From Bdellovibrio sp. (lineage in GTDB: Bacteria > Bdellovibrionota > Bdellovibrionia > Bdellovibrionales > Bdellovibrionaceae), in contig JBKCUU010000067.1 of the NCBI GenBank assembly GCA_046318155.1, positions 1-53,606 on the forward strand: DNA of 53,606 nucleotides. Reading direction: 5' to 3'. Positions 28,370-38,760 of the stretch are shown piece by piece (position 1 is the first letter of the stretch; every line of letters starts with the position of its first letter). The position numbers were made by a program, and so were the translations under genes. The notes beneath the pieces were generated by a model. It was not told where the DNA came from, did not search any database, and saw nothing but the letters and a program-made list of their open reading frames with translations.

Positions 28370-29956
28370 ATGGGCGTGAAAGTGGGCGCAAATTTACAAT
28401 GGTATGTACAGCGTGATGGCAAAGCTTCTGGTCCTTACTCGGCCGAAGATCTGCGTGATCAAGTTCGTCAAGGGTTGCTGCTCGGCCATGACCTTGTTTT
28501 TCAAGAAGGGTCCGAGCAGTGGAAGCGGGCTTTTGATTGGCCTGACCTTGCCAGCGAAATTTTCTCTGAAGAGAGAACCTCTTTTACACGTTTGTTTAAC
28601 TTGCCGCGAGCGGGCTCTGCGCCGCCCGAGGATTGGATTGTCTTGCTTCGGTTTGAAGAGGCTGATGGTTTAAGGTTCAAGCAAAAAGGTCCCTTTTCGA
28701 CCGAGCAAGTGCGCGAGCTTTTGCAGTCGGGGCAGATGAAACCCAGTGATCATCTTTGGCGAAAAGGTTATGCCGCGTGGGTCGCTGTTTATCTGGAGCC
28801 CGATTTTTCGCCCTCTCTCTGGAATGTCAAAAATGACAGTATTCCTTTGTTGCGTGCGGTGGCCGAAACCGTTGTCCCTCCTCGTTTGCCAGAAGCTGTC
28901 GTGCCGCCCGAAATGCCCAAGGGGCCTGGGGAACTTGAAGATCAGGACTTGAGCGACGCGGTGACAGCATCCGGTTCGACGCATCAAGAGAGCTCGTTTG
29001 ATTTACCGCCTCCTGCACCTAAAAGAAAAAAATGGGCCTATGCTGTACCGGTCACTTTGGCTTTGGTGCTTGGCGTTGGTTATTACAAAAAAGATACTTT
29101 TTTACCCGCAGGAGCTCGCCTCTGGATACTGAATCCCGCGGGCGCGCCCGGGGTTGAAGACGTGCTCAGCGGGGAGGATGAATCGACCAGTCAGGTGAAT
29201 CCGCCGGCAGCAAACCTGCCGGCACCGGTTGCGGCCGCACCGACGCCGACACCGGCGCCCGTTCAAGCCAAGCCTAAAGAGCCCGCGATGGTCAGACAAG
29301 ATCCAGTGACCTGGTCGTTTTCTCTTCCTGCCGTGAGCAAAAATCCGTTGGTCGTGATGATCACGGGTTACTCGGGGCGGATCTTGCAAGAGCAGGCTTT
29401 GAATTTGCGATTCAATCTTGAAGCGCCAGCGAATGCCCGATTGGAGCTTAGTCCTGCCGCTCACAATTTGCCTGAAGGCGAATATCTCATTCAGATTTTT
29501 CAAGACGGAAAACTTATCGCGCGAGGCCAAAGAAGCACGATTGAAAATCCCGAAAAGTTTGCCAGCAAGATTCTTTTGCACCGCAAACAAATTGCTTTTG
29601 ATCAACAGCAAGAGAAGCGCACGCTGTTAAAGTCCGTCGTTCGTCTCCAGAATTTTGTTACAAAATACCGAGCCGAGCTGGCTGGTAAATCGACAAGTGC
29701 CAAAGTCAAAAAAACTATTCAAAAAGACTTCGCAGCGATAGCCCGTGCCGAGATGAAAATCGTTCGTCAATCGCGCCATACTTTGATGTACCCAAGTGGA
29801 TGGTCTTCAGTGGGTCAGCAGTACGAGTCGGTTCGAGGGGTCGTCGCAGGAGTAGGGTCGCGACGCCCGGCTTCGAAGGTCGAGATCGAAAACTACCGCA
29901 AAAAGCTCACTCAATTGCGGAGTCAAGTGAGCCAGATGTCTTTATCCGGCAACTAG
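28370..29956 (+). CDS. Tandem GYF_2 (DUF4339) domain membrane protein
   Basis: Two W...GP[YF]S...L...G.....W..G...W repeats, Pro-rich linkers, single TM (WAYAVPVTLALVLGVGYY). Confidence 0.8.
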   Translation: MGVKVGANLQWYVQRDGKASGPYSAEDLRDQVRQGLLLGHDLVFQEGSEQWKRAFDWPDLASEIFSEERTSFTRLFNLPRAGSAPPEDWIVLLRFEEADGLRFKQKGPFSTEQVRELLQSGQMKPSDHLWRKGYAAWVAVYLEPDFSPSLWNVKNDSIPLLRAVAETVVPPRLPEAVVPPEMPKGPGELEDQDLSDAVTASGSTHQESSFDLPPPAPKRKKWAYAVPVTLALVLGVGYYKKDTFLPAGARLWILNPAGAPGVEDVLSGEDESTSQVNPPAANLPAPVAAAPTPTPAPVQAKPKEPAMVRQDPVTWSFSLPAVSKNPLVVMITGYSGRILQEQALNLRFNLEAPANARLELSPAAHNLPEGEYLIQIFQDGKLIARGQRSTIENPEKFASKILLHRKQIAFDQQQEKRTLLKSVVRLQNFVTKYRAELAGKSTSAKVKKTIQKDFAAIARAEMKIVRQSRHTLMYPSGWSSVGQQYESVRGVVAGVGSRRPASKVEIENYRKKLTQLRSQVSQMSLSGN

Positions 29957-30011
29957 GCGCCCAAGGATCAGGTCTTTGAGTGTCTCAGAATGAGAAACTC
30001 AAGCTAAAAAC

Positions 30012-30038
30012 TCGAATTTTCTCATGCGATTCCGATAA
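30012..30038 (+). promoter_or_regulatory. Candidate sigma28 (FliA) promoter
   Basis: TCGA-N15-TCCGATAA, 7 nt before ATG 30046. Confidence 0.45.
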
Positions 30039-30045
30039 GATTCCT

Positions 30046-30732
30046 ATGAGACATCAAGGCTTTTTTCTTGTTTTTATCATGTGTCTGACCTTAGGTCTGA
30101 CATTTTCGTATCATGTATTTCAAAATCATTTTTCAGATCGTAAAGAGTTGGGTAGTGAAATTGCAGCGCTCAAAAAGCAGAAAGAGCGGCAAGCCTTGGA
30201 GCAGGCGCTCTTGCAGAATCAGCTCGAAGACCTTAAAGCGCACGCGTTTCAAAGCTTAGGGCAAAAGACATTTTTAGCTTGGGATCAATCGCAGTGGCAG
30301 TCGTCGCTTCGTTCGCCAGCCTCGCTACGTCCGCTGAAAGACGAAGTGTATTCGCGCACCCTCTTTTCTGAAGCTAAAAGCAAATTTCGTCAGAAAGCGT
30401 TTGCCGAATCTGCGAAGAAGCTCCGTCAAATGATTGATAGATATCCGTCCTCAAAAGACATTGTTGAAGCCCATTTTCTCCTTGCCGAGTCTCTGTACCT
30501 GACCGGGCAACAAGAAGCGACGATGGATTTGATCGATGAGATGATGACCCGGTATCCAGAGTCTGAGCTGACCGGTTTTATTATGATGCGGATGGGGCAG
30601 ATTCTCGAGAAAAAAAGCCGACGTGACGAAGCTCTCGAGGTCTACCAAACAATTTCCCTCCAATTTCCAGGCTCAAAGGCTTTGCGTGCTCAAATTGAAA
30701 GCCGCGTCCGCGGGATGAGAAAACTGCAATGA
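30046..30732 (+). CDS. Membrane-anchored coiled-coil plus TPR protein (YbgF/CpoB-like)
   Basis: N-terminal TM, coiled coil, TPR motifs (YPSS...EAHFLLAE, YPES, FPGS). Confidence 0.8.
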   Translation: MRHQGFFLVFIMCLTLGLTFSYHVFQNHFSDRKELGSEIAALKKQKERQALEQALLQNQLEDLKAHAFQSLGQKTFLAWDQSQWQSSLRSPASLRPLKDEVYSRTLFSEAKSKFRQKAFAESAKKLRQMIDRYPSSKDIVEAHFLLAESLYLTGQQEATMDLIDEMMTRYPESELTGFIMMRMGQILEKKSRRDEALEVYQTISLQFPGSKALRAQIESRVRGMRKLQ

Positions 30733-31457
30733 GTTTATGGCTTCGCGGCTTCTTCTTTTTTGCTGCGGTTTCGGTGCTAGGTCTGGCGCAGGCGGCTTTG
30801 GCTTTCGTTGATCAGCCCGAAGGCTGTTGGTCGAAGGTCAAGGATGAGGGGTCATGCGCGGTACGCGTGTCAAAGCGTGAATGGCTAGTTTCTTCAGAGG
30901 GGACAAAAGTACTTTTGGGCGCAGGCTCAGGATTGATTCGATCCAAAGCCGGCGAGGAGTGGCAAATTTTAGTCGGCCAAGTTTGGCTTGAGTCCGAAAA
31001 GGCCGTTCAAGTTCGATATTTGCAGCAGACCTTTCGAGTTCAGGGTGAGTCTTGGTGGGTGAAATCCTCGGATCAAATCAAGGTCACCGTTTTTTCGGGC
31101 TCGGTCGAAACTCAGTTTAATAGTGCCGTGAACGAATTGGTCCCTGCGGGCTTCGAGAACTGGTGGCAGCTGGGATCGCGGGGAGTCATCAAGCCCGTCC
31201 AGGTATCTAAAACTTTACGTGATTGGAACCGCTGGACTCGTCTCTCAAAAAAAGAGTCCAAGGCTCGATTGCAGGCGTATCGTGAGCTTTGGGCTGACCG
31301 GGCCCAGGTCGGGTCTGAGCTTTATCAGGCCATCATCGACCGCCGTCTAGCCTCTGCCGAAAGTCGTGAGAAGGCCGAGCAAATGCGGCGATTGCGGGCG
31401 GCCCAAGAGCAGCAGAAAATGCGCAAAATGTTTCGCGCTCGATTTGACAATCCTTAG
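30729..31457 (+). CDS. Exported hypothetical protein (FecR-like beta domain)
   Basis: Signal peptide; L..G.VW and V.VFSGSV motifs; coupled to the upstream gene. Confidence 0.65.
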   Translation: MSLWLRGFFFFAAVSVLGLAQAALAFVDQPEGCWSKVKDEGSCAVRVSKREWLVSSEGTKVLLGAGSGLIRSKAGEEWQILVGQVWLESEKAVQVRYLQQTFRVQGESWWVKSSDQIKVTVFSGSVETQFNSAVNELVPAGFENWWQLGSRGVIKPVQVSKTLRDWNRWTRLSKKESKARLQAYRELWADRAQVGSELYQAIIDRRLASAESREKAEQMRRLRAAQEQQKMRKMFRARFDNP

Positions 31458-31570
31458 GTCCATATTCAATCCCCCTCAAAAGCCTTTTCAGTTCTGATCG
31501 GACTTGCGTGTGCTAAAATTTAAGTACTCGTAACTTGGATCAATCTTACTGTTTTTTGGGGAGGACAAGG

Positions 31571-33247
31571 ATGTCTTCAGTATCGCCTTCAGATCGCAAA
31601 AATCAAACAGATGAAGTCAGGCAGCACCACGAAGAGTATCAGGATCGTGAAGCTCAGGCTGCAAAACGCAGTCAAGCCGAGAAAAGAAGAATGCAAGAGC
31701 GGCACGAAGCCGAAATGCTCAAACTACGTGAGAGCTATGATACGCAGGTCGATTCTTTGCGTAACAAGCATAAAGACACCATCACCAGCCGAGATCAACA
31801 GCACCAAGAGCAGATTGATAAAATTAAAAACCTGTTCCTCGAGCAGGCGCGCCGTAAGACCCAGGATGGCGACGTTCAACGCGGCGAAATGAAGCGCTCT
31901 TACGAGAGTGAAATCGAAAAACAAGCAAAGATCCATCAACAGCAAAAAGAAGGCCTCACGCGTAATTTTCGCAGTTCGATCGAAGAACGGGACCGCCAAT
32001 TTGCTGACTTTCAATCTCGCACTCAGGACACGATCAAAGAATCAATTGAGGAGCGGACGGCGCGCCTCAATCAGAAGCATGAAAAAGAACTGGGTGCCGT
32101 TCTTGGCGATCGTGACGATCGGGTAGCCGCAACCGAACGCGCAAAGCAAGACACGAAAGCGAATCTCGACAGCCGCTTGCGAGCAAGCGAGCGCAAGTAC
32201 CGTTCTGATATCGACCGCACCAACACCAACTGGAGTCTTGCCGTTCGCAATCAAGAGGCCATTCACAATGAATTGCTGGCGAGCCGTGATGAGATGCTTC
32301 GGGCGGAGCGCAAGTCGATGCAAAACAAATTTCAAAATGCCGCAGAAGAAAAGCTAAAGTCTTTGGCAGGATCGCACGAGCAGTTTCGTGAGATGGTCAC
32401 TGAGCGCCAGGACTCTCAAGTCCGCGGTCTTTCGAATGAGCTCATTCGGGTCAAGAATGAACGTGCGATTGAAAAGATTTCTGACCAACGCCTGCGCGAC
32501 ATTGATCGCAAGAATCTGCAAAAGCAGCTGACGGCTCGGATGAACGAGATGGAAAAAGAGCGCTCTCAGATCCTTGGCGCTGCCAACGACCATGCTCATA
32601 GGAAAGTCGATGGCGTGATTAATCAAACCGAAAAGATTGTTTCTGAAACCAATCGCAACAACCGAATGAAACAGAATCTTCTGAATCAGCAGTCGCGCGA
32701 AGATCGAAGTCAGTTAGAATTTGAAATGAAAAACCGACTTGAGCATGCTTCGGACCAAACAGAGAAGCGAGTGCGCCGAATCATGAATGTCACAGGCGAA
32801 GAGACAAAGGCACAGCAAGAGTATCACGAGAGGAGCTTGGCGCAGGCCAAGAACAATTTTGCAGACAACTTGACCAATCAGCGTGAGGCGCAGCTCGAGA
32901 TGATTCAGACGATTCGCATGCGGGCTGAGGATCGCTTCAGACAGCAGGAAGCTAAAGCGGCCAAAAAGCTTGAAGAGACCGTGAACAACTATGAAGAAAA
33001 ACTGCAAAAGGTGCAGGCGGATCTTAAAGAAGAAAAAGAACGTGCGATCGCGATGTATGAACAGCGTATGAGTCAGCGCGAAAAGAATTTCAAGAACGAG
33101 CTAGAATCGCAAGGCATTAAGTATCAAGGAAAGCTTGCCCAGTCGGATGAGATGAGGCAAAAAGAGATGGAGCGTCTTGAGCGTCGTCATCAAGAGCAGC
33201 TTGCGAATCTTTCAAACCGAATGAAATACCTTGATAAAAAAGCATAA
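31571..33247 (+). CDS. Long coiled-coil protein (about 558 aa)
   Basis: Almost wholly helical E/Q/R/K-rich sequence; GGAGGA RBS. Confidence 0.8.
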   Translation: MSSVSPSDRKNQTDEVRQHHEEYQDREAQAAKRSQAEKRRMQERHEAEMLKLRESYDTQVDSLRNKHKDTITSRDQQHQEQIDKIKNLFLEQARRKTQDGDVQRGEMKRSYESEIEKQAKIHQQQKEGLTRNFRSSIEERDRQFADFQSRTQDTIKESIEERTARLNQKHEKELGAVLGDRDDRVAATERAKQDTKANLDSRLRASERKYRSDIDRTNTNWSLAVRNQEAIHNELLASRDEMLRAERKSMQNKFQNAAEEKLKSLAGSHEQFREMVTERQDSQVRGLSNELIRVKNERAIEKISDQRLRDIDRKNLQKQLTARMNEMEKERSQILGAANDHAHRKVDGVINQTEKIVSETNRNNRMKQNLLNQQSREDRSQLEFEMKNRLEHASDQTEKRVRRIMNVTGEETKAQQEYHERSLAQAKNNFADNLTNQREAQLEMIQTIRMRAEDRFRQQEAKAAKKLEETVNNYEEKLQKVQADLKEEKERAIAMYEQRMSQREKNFKNELESQGIKYQGKLAQSDEMRQKEMERLERRHQEQLANLSNRMKYLDKKA

Positions 33248-33262
33248 CAAGAAAGCTCCACC

Positions 33263-34750
33263 ATGTTAGCAGACCGCCGTGTTAAGATTGTTGCGACCAT
33301 AGGACCTGCGACCCGCGACGAAGCGGATCTTGAAAAGGCAATTCGGTCGGGGATGAATGTTGCCCGACTCAACTTCTCACACGGGACACACGAGGATCAT
33401 CTGAAGGTGATCCACTCGGTGCGCAAGCTTTCAGAAAAGCTAAACGCTCCCGTGACGATTTTACAAGATCTGCAAGGGCCAAAAATTCGTGTCGGTAAAT
33501 TTGAAAAAGGCTTCATTGAATTGAGCGAAGGTCAAAAAGTCGTGATCACGATGAGATCCGTGATGGGTCAAGATGGACTGATTCCCAGCGATTTTCCAGA
33601 GCTGGCAAGAAGTGTTCAAGCCGGCAACAAAATCTTGATTGATGACGGATTGCTTGAGCTCAAAGTTCTTGGGGTACGCGGCGATGACGTTGATTGTGAA
33701 GTCATTTATGGTGGTCTCCTCAAGGATCGCAAGGGGATGAACTGCCCGGGCGTCAATTTGGCCGTCGAGTGTTTGACCGAAAAGGATCTTAAAGATCTTG
33801 AATTTGGTCTGGCCAACAATGTGGATTACATTGCGCTGAGCTTTGTGCGACAAGCCCAAGATATTCGCCGGTTGCGCGAACTCATCGATGCAAAAAATCC
33901 GGCGATTCGTATTTGCTCTAAAATCGAAATGGTTGAGGCCATCGAAAACCTGGAAGAAATCGTGCGCTTAAGTGACGCCGTTATGGTTGCGAGGGGAGAC
34001 CTCGCCGTGGAAGTGGGACAGAGTCGATTGCCAGCGATTCAAAAAGACATTATCCGCCTTTGCAACAAACAAAATAAACCCGTCATCACCGCCACCCAGA
34101 TGCTTGATAGCATGGTCGAGAATCCTCGGCCGACGCGCGCTGAGATCACAGACGTGGCGAACGCGGTGCTCGATGGTTCTGATGCCTTGATGCTTTCGGC
34201 AGAAAGTGCGAGCGGAAAATACCCCTTTAAGTGTATTCAAACGATGCACGAAATTATCCGTGATGTTGAAGAGCGCCAAGAAAAATACTACAAGATTTCT
34301 CTTGAAAGCGAATTCCTCAGTGTGGCCGGCAGTATTGGCGCCAGTGCCTCGCTGAGTGCGCTGAAGCTCGATGCAAAGGTCATCGTGTGCCTGACGACAA
34401 CGGGCAAAACCGCCAATATTATCTCGGGGTATCGACCCAAGGCCCGCATTGTCGCGGTCACAGATCAGATTTCAGTTTTGAATCGCCTTGAATTGTTGTG
34501 GGGCGTGCAGACCTTGGTCATTCAGCCCTACAAAACGCTTGAGGATGTCACCTCGCAGGTAGAACGGCAGTTAATCGAGTATGGAATGGCAAAAACGGGT
34601 GATAAGGTCGTCATGACCCTGGGGCTTCCCATTTCGGATGGTGCGAAGACCAACTGTCAATTCATTTTTACGCTAGCGGGTGAGGACTTTAAACGCAAAA
34701 ATGACCAAGATCTACCCTTGCGCTGTCAGCGAGATCTCGCAAGCGAATAG
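33263..34750 (+). CDS. pyk: Pyruvate kinase
   Basis: KIVATIGPA, RLNFSHG, DLQGPKIR, MVARGDL, ATQML.SM, MLSAESASG. Confidence 0.98.
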   Translation: MLADRRVKIVATIGPATRDEADLEKAIRSGMNVARLNFSHGTHEDHLKVIHSVRKLSEKLNAPVTILQDLQGPKIRVGKFEKGFIELSEGQKVVITMRSVMGQDGLIPSDFPELARSVQAGNKILIDDGLLELKVLGVRGDDVDCEVIYGGLLKDRKGMNCPGVNLAVECLTEKDLKDLEFGLANNVDYIALSFVRQAQDIRRLRELIDAKNPAIRICSKIEMVEAIENLEEIVRLSDAVMVARGDLAVEVGQSRLPAIQKDIIRLCNKQNKPVITATQMLDSMVENPRPTRAEITDVANAVLDGSDALMLSAESASGKYPFKCIQTMHEIIRDVEERQEKYYKISLESEFLSVAGSIGASASLSALKLDAKVIVCLTTTGKTANIISGYRPKARIVAVTDQISVLNRLELLWGVQTLVIQPYKTLEDVTSQVERQLIEYGMAKTGDKVVMTLGLPISDGAKTNCQFIFTLAGEDFKRKNDQDLPLRCQRDLASE

Positions 34751-34871
34751 GACACCCCCTCACATTAAAAAACAAACAAGGCCTCGTCTAAATCTGGACT
34801 GGGCTGATCAATTCCTGAAATGATTTCTTTGAAAATTCTGGCACACTTCCATGACGTTAAGGTTGGATCAA

Positions 34872-34994
34872 ATGCGCCATATCAAATTGTTTGTAAAATC
34901 AGAAGTTCGAGTTTTCACCAAAAATGCAGCGGCGGTCCTCATGGGCTGCGGTTTTTTGGCACTGGTGATTTTGCTTTTGCGATTTAGCGGGTGA
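34872..34994 (+). CDS. Candidate 40-aa small membrane protein, below the ORF-track cutoff
   Basis: MRHIKLFVKSEVRVFTKNAAAVLMGCGFLALVILLLRFSG; purine-rich AAGGTTGGA upstream; single C-terminal hydrophobic helix. Confidence 0.4.
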   Translation: MRHIKLFVKSEVRVFTKNAAAVLMGCGFLALVILLLRFSG

Positions 34995-35964
34995 TTTTCT
35001 TGAGGCCGTAAATGATGCCCCAAAAAGGTGAGATCTTTTCGAGCTCTTCGACTTGCACCAGTGTCGAGATGCTTTTTTCTTCGATGATCTTGTCGGCCAA
35101 TACTTTTTTCTCGATCAGAGAATTGAGGTCGTCGATTTTGATCAAAAAGCCCAGTTCGCGCATGGACTCATTTTGGATTTCAGTCAAAGAGACTTTTGAG
35201 AACCCTTTGGCATCTTTTGGGACTTTTTTGGCAAAATGCAGGACGCCGTCGAGGAGTTTGAGTTCTTCTTCGCGAATAGTGATGCGGTCTTTTTCTTGCC
35301 TGAACAGCCACTCATTGTACCACTCAACAAATTGAAATAACAGATCGGGTTTAAAGATCGTCAAGCGCTGACGGCCCTCGCCGATGTCTTCAATCTTCAT
35401 GAGGCCCATTTCCATCAGAGTATTCATGAGTTTTTGCATTTTGTGCGTCGGCTCTTGAAAGACTTGAATGGTGTAGTTACGAAGAACTGCGCCGAGGATA
35501 TGCAGCCCCTCGGGAACCGGCTTGCCGTATTTGTTTCCCACCAAGTTCAAGATGGAAATCAGCTTGGTCGTCGTGTGGGGCGGAAACATCTCGTCTTCCT
35601 CCCCCGGGGATTTTTCGAGTTGTTTCAGTCTTTGATTGGCCTTGCGAAGGTGATCATTCACGGTGCGCATGATGGCTTTGCACCATTCCGGGAAGCTTGC
35701 AAACTGGGTGTGCAGGGCCTTGTAGGGAAGTGCAATCACTTCGCTCTCTTTAAGAGCCTTCACGCTTGCGCTCCGAGGTTTGTTATCAAAAAAGGCCATC
35801 TCGCCGACCATGGCACCGGGGCCGATTTCGGCCAAAATGATTTCTGAGTTGTTTTTGGATTTAACAACGGCAAACTTGCCACTTTTAATCACGTACATGG
35901 CATCAGGCGGATCGCCTTCGCGGAACAAGTAATGATCGCGTTCAATTTTCTTGGTGCCTGACAT
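34984..35964 (-). CDS. Cyclic-nucleotide-binding (Crp/Fnr-like) protein
   Basis: LFREGD..DAMYVIKSG and GEMAFFDNKPRSASVKA phosphate-binding cassette. Confidence 0.88.
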   Translation of the reverse strand: MSGTKKIERDHYLFREGDPPDAMYVIKSGKFAVVKSKNNSEIILAEIGPGAMVGEMAFFDNKPRSASVKALKESEVIALPYKALHTQFASFPEWCKAIMRTVNDHLRKANQRLKQLEKSPGEEDEMFPPHTTTKLISILNLVGNKYGKPVPEGLHILGAVLRNYTIQVFQEPTHKMQKLMNTLMEMGLMKIEDIGEGRQRLTIFKPDLLFQFVEWYNEWLFRQEKDRITIREEELKLLDGVLHFAKKVPKDAKGFSKVSLTEIQNESMRELGFLIKIDDLNSLIEKKVLADKIIEEKSISTLVQVEELEKISPFWGIIYGLKKITR

Positions 35965-36050
35965 TAAACATAGTTTAGTGGTGAGCCTTGGTAATGTCGA
36001 AGCTTGATCAGCAGAACTGACGAAGGTCCTGCTGACCTTACTGGATTACT

Positions 36051-36710
36051 TTAGTTTGCCTTCATGGGCCTGCAGTGAGGCGAAACCGCACAGGCTCCTT
36101 CGGTGCCAGCCAAGACGGCCTCGACTGTCAAATCAGGCGCGTGCTCCAGCAAAACAAAACCTTGAGGAGTGATTTCGAACACCCCGTAATCACTCACCAC
36201 TTTGTTGATGCAATTGATGCCGGTCAAAGGGAGTGTGCAGCGCTTGCGCAACTTGCTTCCTCCATCTTTATCTGTGTGCTGCATCGCCACGATGACTTTG
36301 CGCGCTCCGGCCACAAGGTCCATGGCGCCGCCCATTCCTTTAACCATTTTGCCCGGGACCATCCAGTTGGCGATGCTTCCGGCCTCGTCCACTTCCATCG
36401 CACCCAGAATCGTCAAATTGACGTGGCCACCACGAATCATCGCGAACGAATCAGCTGATGAAAAGTAACTCGCACCTTTAAGTGCCGTGACGGTTTGTTT
36501 GCCGGCATTGATCAGATCGGCATCGACATCAGCCTCAGCGGGAAAGGGGCCTACGCCGAGCAAGCCGTTTTCACTTTGAAACATGACATTTTTAGACTCA
36601 GGAACGTAGTTGGCAACGAGCGAGGGAATGCCGATACCAAGATTGACAACGAAGCCGCTTTCAACCTCTTGAGCAATGCGCATCGCGATTTGTTCACGTG
36701 TTAAAGGCAT
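36051..36710 (-). CDS. scoB: 3-oxoacid CoA-transferase subunit B
   Basis: VNLGIGIP, QSENG, GMGGAMDL. Confidence 0.92.
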   Translation of the reverse strand: MPLTREQIAMRIAQEVESGFVVNLGIGIPSLVANYVPESKNVMFQSENGLLGVGPFPAEADVDADLINAGKQTVTALKGASYFSSADSFAMIRGGHVNLTILGAMEVDEAGSIANWMVPGKMVKGMGGAMDLVAGARKVIVAMQHTDKDGGSKLRKRCTLPLTGINCINKVVSDYGVFEITPQGFVLLEHAPDLTVEAVLAGTEGACAVSPHCRPMKAN

Positions 36711-36712
36711 GA

Positions 36713-37405
36713 CTATTTCCTCACCGTTCTTTGTTCGATCCGTTTCTGGTAAGTGGTTCCTTTGAAGATGCGTTGAACAAAAACTCCAGGCGTGTGCACC
36801 TGATCCGGATCAAGTTCGCCGACCTCGACCAGTTCTTCAACTTCAGCGACTGTGATTTTGCCAGCCGTTGCGACCATCGGATTAAAGTTGCGGGCTGTTT
36901 TTCGGTAAATCAAGTTTCCGAATTTGTCGCCCTTCCAGGCTTTTACAAAGGCGAAATCTCCGACAATTCCTTTCTCCATAACAAAGAGGCGGCCGTCAAA
37001 TTCGCGGGTCTCTTTGCCTTCAGCGACTTTAGTGCCCACGCCCGTCGGCGTAAAAAAAGCCGGGATGCCGGCGCCGCCAGCGCGGATCCGTTCGGCCAAG
37101 GTCCCTTGCGGAGCAAATTCAACTTCAAGTTCGCCGCTCATGTAAAGCTTTTCGAAAAGCGCATTTTCGCCCACGTAACTTGAAATCATTTTTTTAATCT
37201 GACGGGTCTGTAAGAGTAGGCCTAGTCCAAAGTCATCGACACCCGCATTGTTCGAGGCGATCGTCAGGTTTTTAGGACCCAGTTCACGCAACGCCGAAAT
37301 TGAGTTTTCGGGGATCCCGCACAGGCCAAAACCACCAACAACCAAAGTCATTCCGTCTTTCACATCATGACAGGCTGCTAAAGCATTTGGGTAGACTTTG
37401 CTCAT
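36713..37405 (-). CDS. scoA: 3-oxoacid CoA-transferase subunit A
   Basis: [36 protein letters not shown]. Confidence 0.92.
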   Translation of the reverse strand: MSKVYPNALAACHDVKDGMTLVVGGFGLCGIPENSISALRELGPKNLTIASNNAGVDDFGLGLLLQTRQIKKMISSYVGENALFEKLYMSGELEVEFAPQGTLAERIRAGGAGIPAFFTPTGVGTKVAEGKETREFDGRLFVMEKGIVGDFAFVKAWKGDKFGNLIYRKTARNFNPMVATAGKITVAEVEELVEVGELDPDQVHTPGVFVQRIFKGTTYQKRIEQRTVRK

Positions 37406-37412
37406 TGTCCGC

Positions 37413-38588
37413 TCACACTTTCTCGATGATCAGTGCAACGGCTTCGCCGCCACCAATGCAGAGAGTGGCAAGACCATAACGTTTGTTTCGCGCACCAAGA
37501 GCATGCGTCAGTGTGGTCAAAATGCGCGCGCCGCTGCCGCCAATCGGGTGTCCAATCGCGATCGCGCCGCCGTTCACATTGACTCGGTCCGCAGGGATTT
37601 CGAGTTCTTTCATCGCAGCCATTGTCACATTTGCAAAAGCCTCATTGATCTCCCAAAGATCGATATCAGAAACTTTGAGGTTAGCTTTGCCGAGCGCGCT
37701 TTTGATCGCGCCGACGGGAGCGGTCGTGAACCATTTTGGATCTTGAGCAAAGGTGCCATGGGAAACGATGCGCGCAAGACCTTTGATTCCGCGTTTTTTT
37801 GCTTCGGTTTCGCTCATGATAACAAGAGCGGCCGCGCCGTCGTTGATTTTTGACGCATTGGCCGCCGTGATGGTTCCGGTTTTATCGAATGCGGGTTTGA
37901 GGCCGGGCATTTTCTCGAACATCGCTTTGCCGGGTTCTTCATCGGTGTCGACGTGTACAGTTCCTTTGCGGTCTTGAATCTCAACTGTCGCGATTTCTTT
38001 TCTGAATAGGCCAGCGGCAATCGCTTTTTGCGCTTTTTTGTAAGAATCAATGGCGAAGGCATCCTGCTCTTCTCGGGTGAAGTTGTACTGTTTCACGCAG
38101 AGTTCGGCTGCATTTCCCATGTGAAAATTATTGTAGGGATCCCAAAGTCCATCTTTGATCATCGAATCGACAACTGTCGCAGGACCCATGCGGTAGCCAC
38201 CGCGTGAATTTTCAAGAAGGTGAGGCGCAAGTGTCATGTTTTCTTGGCCGCCGGCGACGGCAATTGTGGTGTGGCCAAGGGCTATGTTATCAGCTGCGAG
38301 CATCACGGCCTTGAGGCCTGAACCGCAAACTTTGTTAATTGTCATGCAGGGGACTGAATCGGGAAGACCTGCACCCAGGGACGCTTGGCGAGCGGGTGCC
38401 TGTCCGACACCTGCGGTGAGGACTTCGCCCATGATGCATTCTTGAATGTCTCCGGGACTCAAGCCCGCTTCTTTAACGGCAGCCGCGATCGCGATGGCGC
38501 CAAGTTTGGGGCCAGAAAGGGCGCTCAGGGCTCCTTGAAAACTACCAACCGGGGTTCGTTTCGCCGCAACAAGAATTGCTTTTTCCAC
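37413..38588 (-). CDS. atoB: Acetyl-CoA acetyltransferase (thiolase)
   Basis: [25 protein letters not shown]. Confidence 0.95.
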   Translation of the reverse strand: MEKAILVAAKRTPVGSFQGALSALSGPKLGAIAIAAAVKEAGLSPGDIQECIMGEVLTAGVGQAPARQASLGAGLPDSVPCMTINKVCGSGLKAVMLAADNIALGHTTIAVAGGQENMTLAPHLLENSRGGYRMGPATVVDSMIKDGLWDPYNNFHMGNAAELCVKQYNFTREEQDAFAIDSYKKAQKAIAAGLFRKEIATVEIQDRKGTVHVDTDEEPGKAMFEKMPGLKPAFDKTGTITAANASKINDGAAALVIMSETEAKKRGIKGLARIVSHGTFAQDPKWFTTAPVGAIKSALGKANLKVSDIDLWEINEAFANVTMAAMKELEIPADRVNVNGGAIAIGHPIGGSGARILTTLTHALGARNKRYGLATLCIGGGEAVALIIEKV

Positions 38589-38657
38589 AGAAGACTCCTT
38601 TAATTTGAAGTTGCATCCTGGCCGAAAGTAACTCAGTTTTCAAGCGACCATTTGAAG

Positions 38658-38710
38658 AAAAGACTTGAGCAAAAAGACTTGAGCAAAAGGCTTGAGCAAA
38701 AGGCTTGAGC
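38658..38710 (+). repeat. 13-14-bp tandem repeat, four copies
   Basis: AAAAGACTTGAGC / AAAAAGACTTGAGC / AAAAGGCTTGAGC / AAAAGGCTTGAGC in a divergent intergenic region. Confidence 0.9.
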
Positions 38711-38760
38711 AAAAAGAGAAGCAACTAGTCCAGGTCGCTAAGTTCAACCGGAGGATCACG

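Noticed and set aside
34839..34853. sigma54 promoter (TGGCAC)
   Set aside because: The -12 position reads CATG rather than TTGC
38658..38710. Possible CRISPR array or iterons
   Set aside because: Units are 13-14 bp with no spacers, and no cas or rep gene is adjacent
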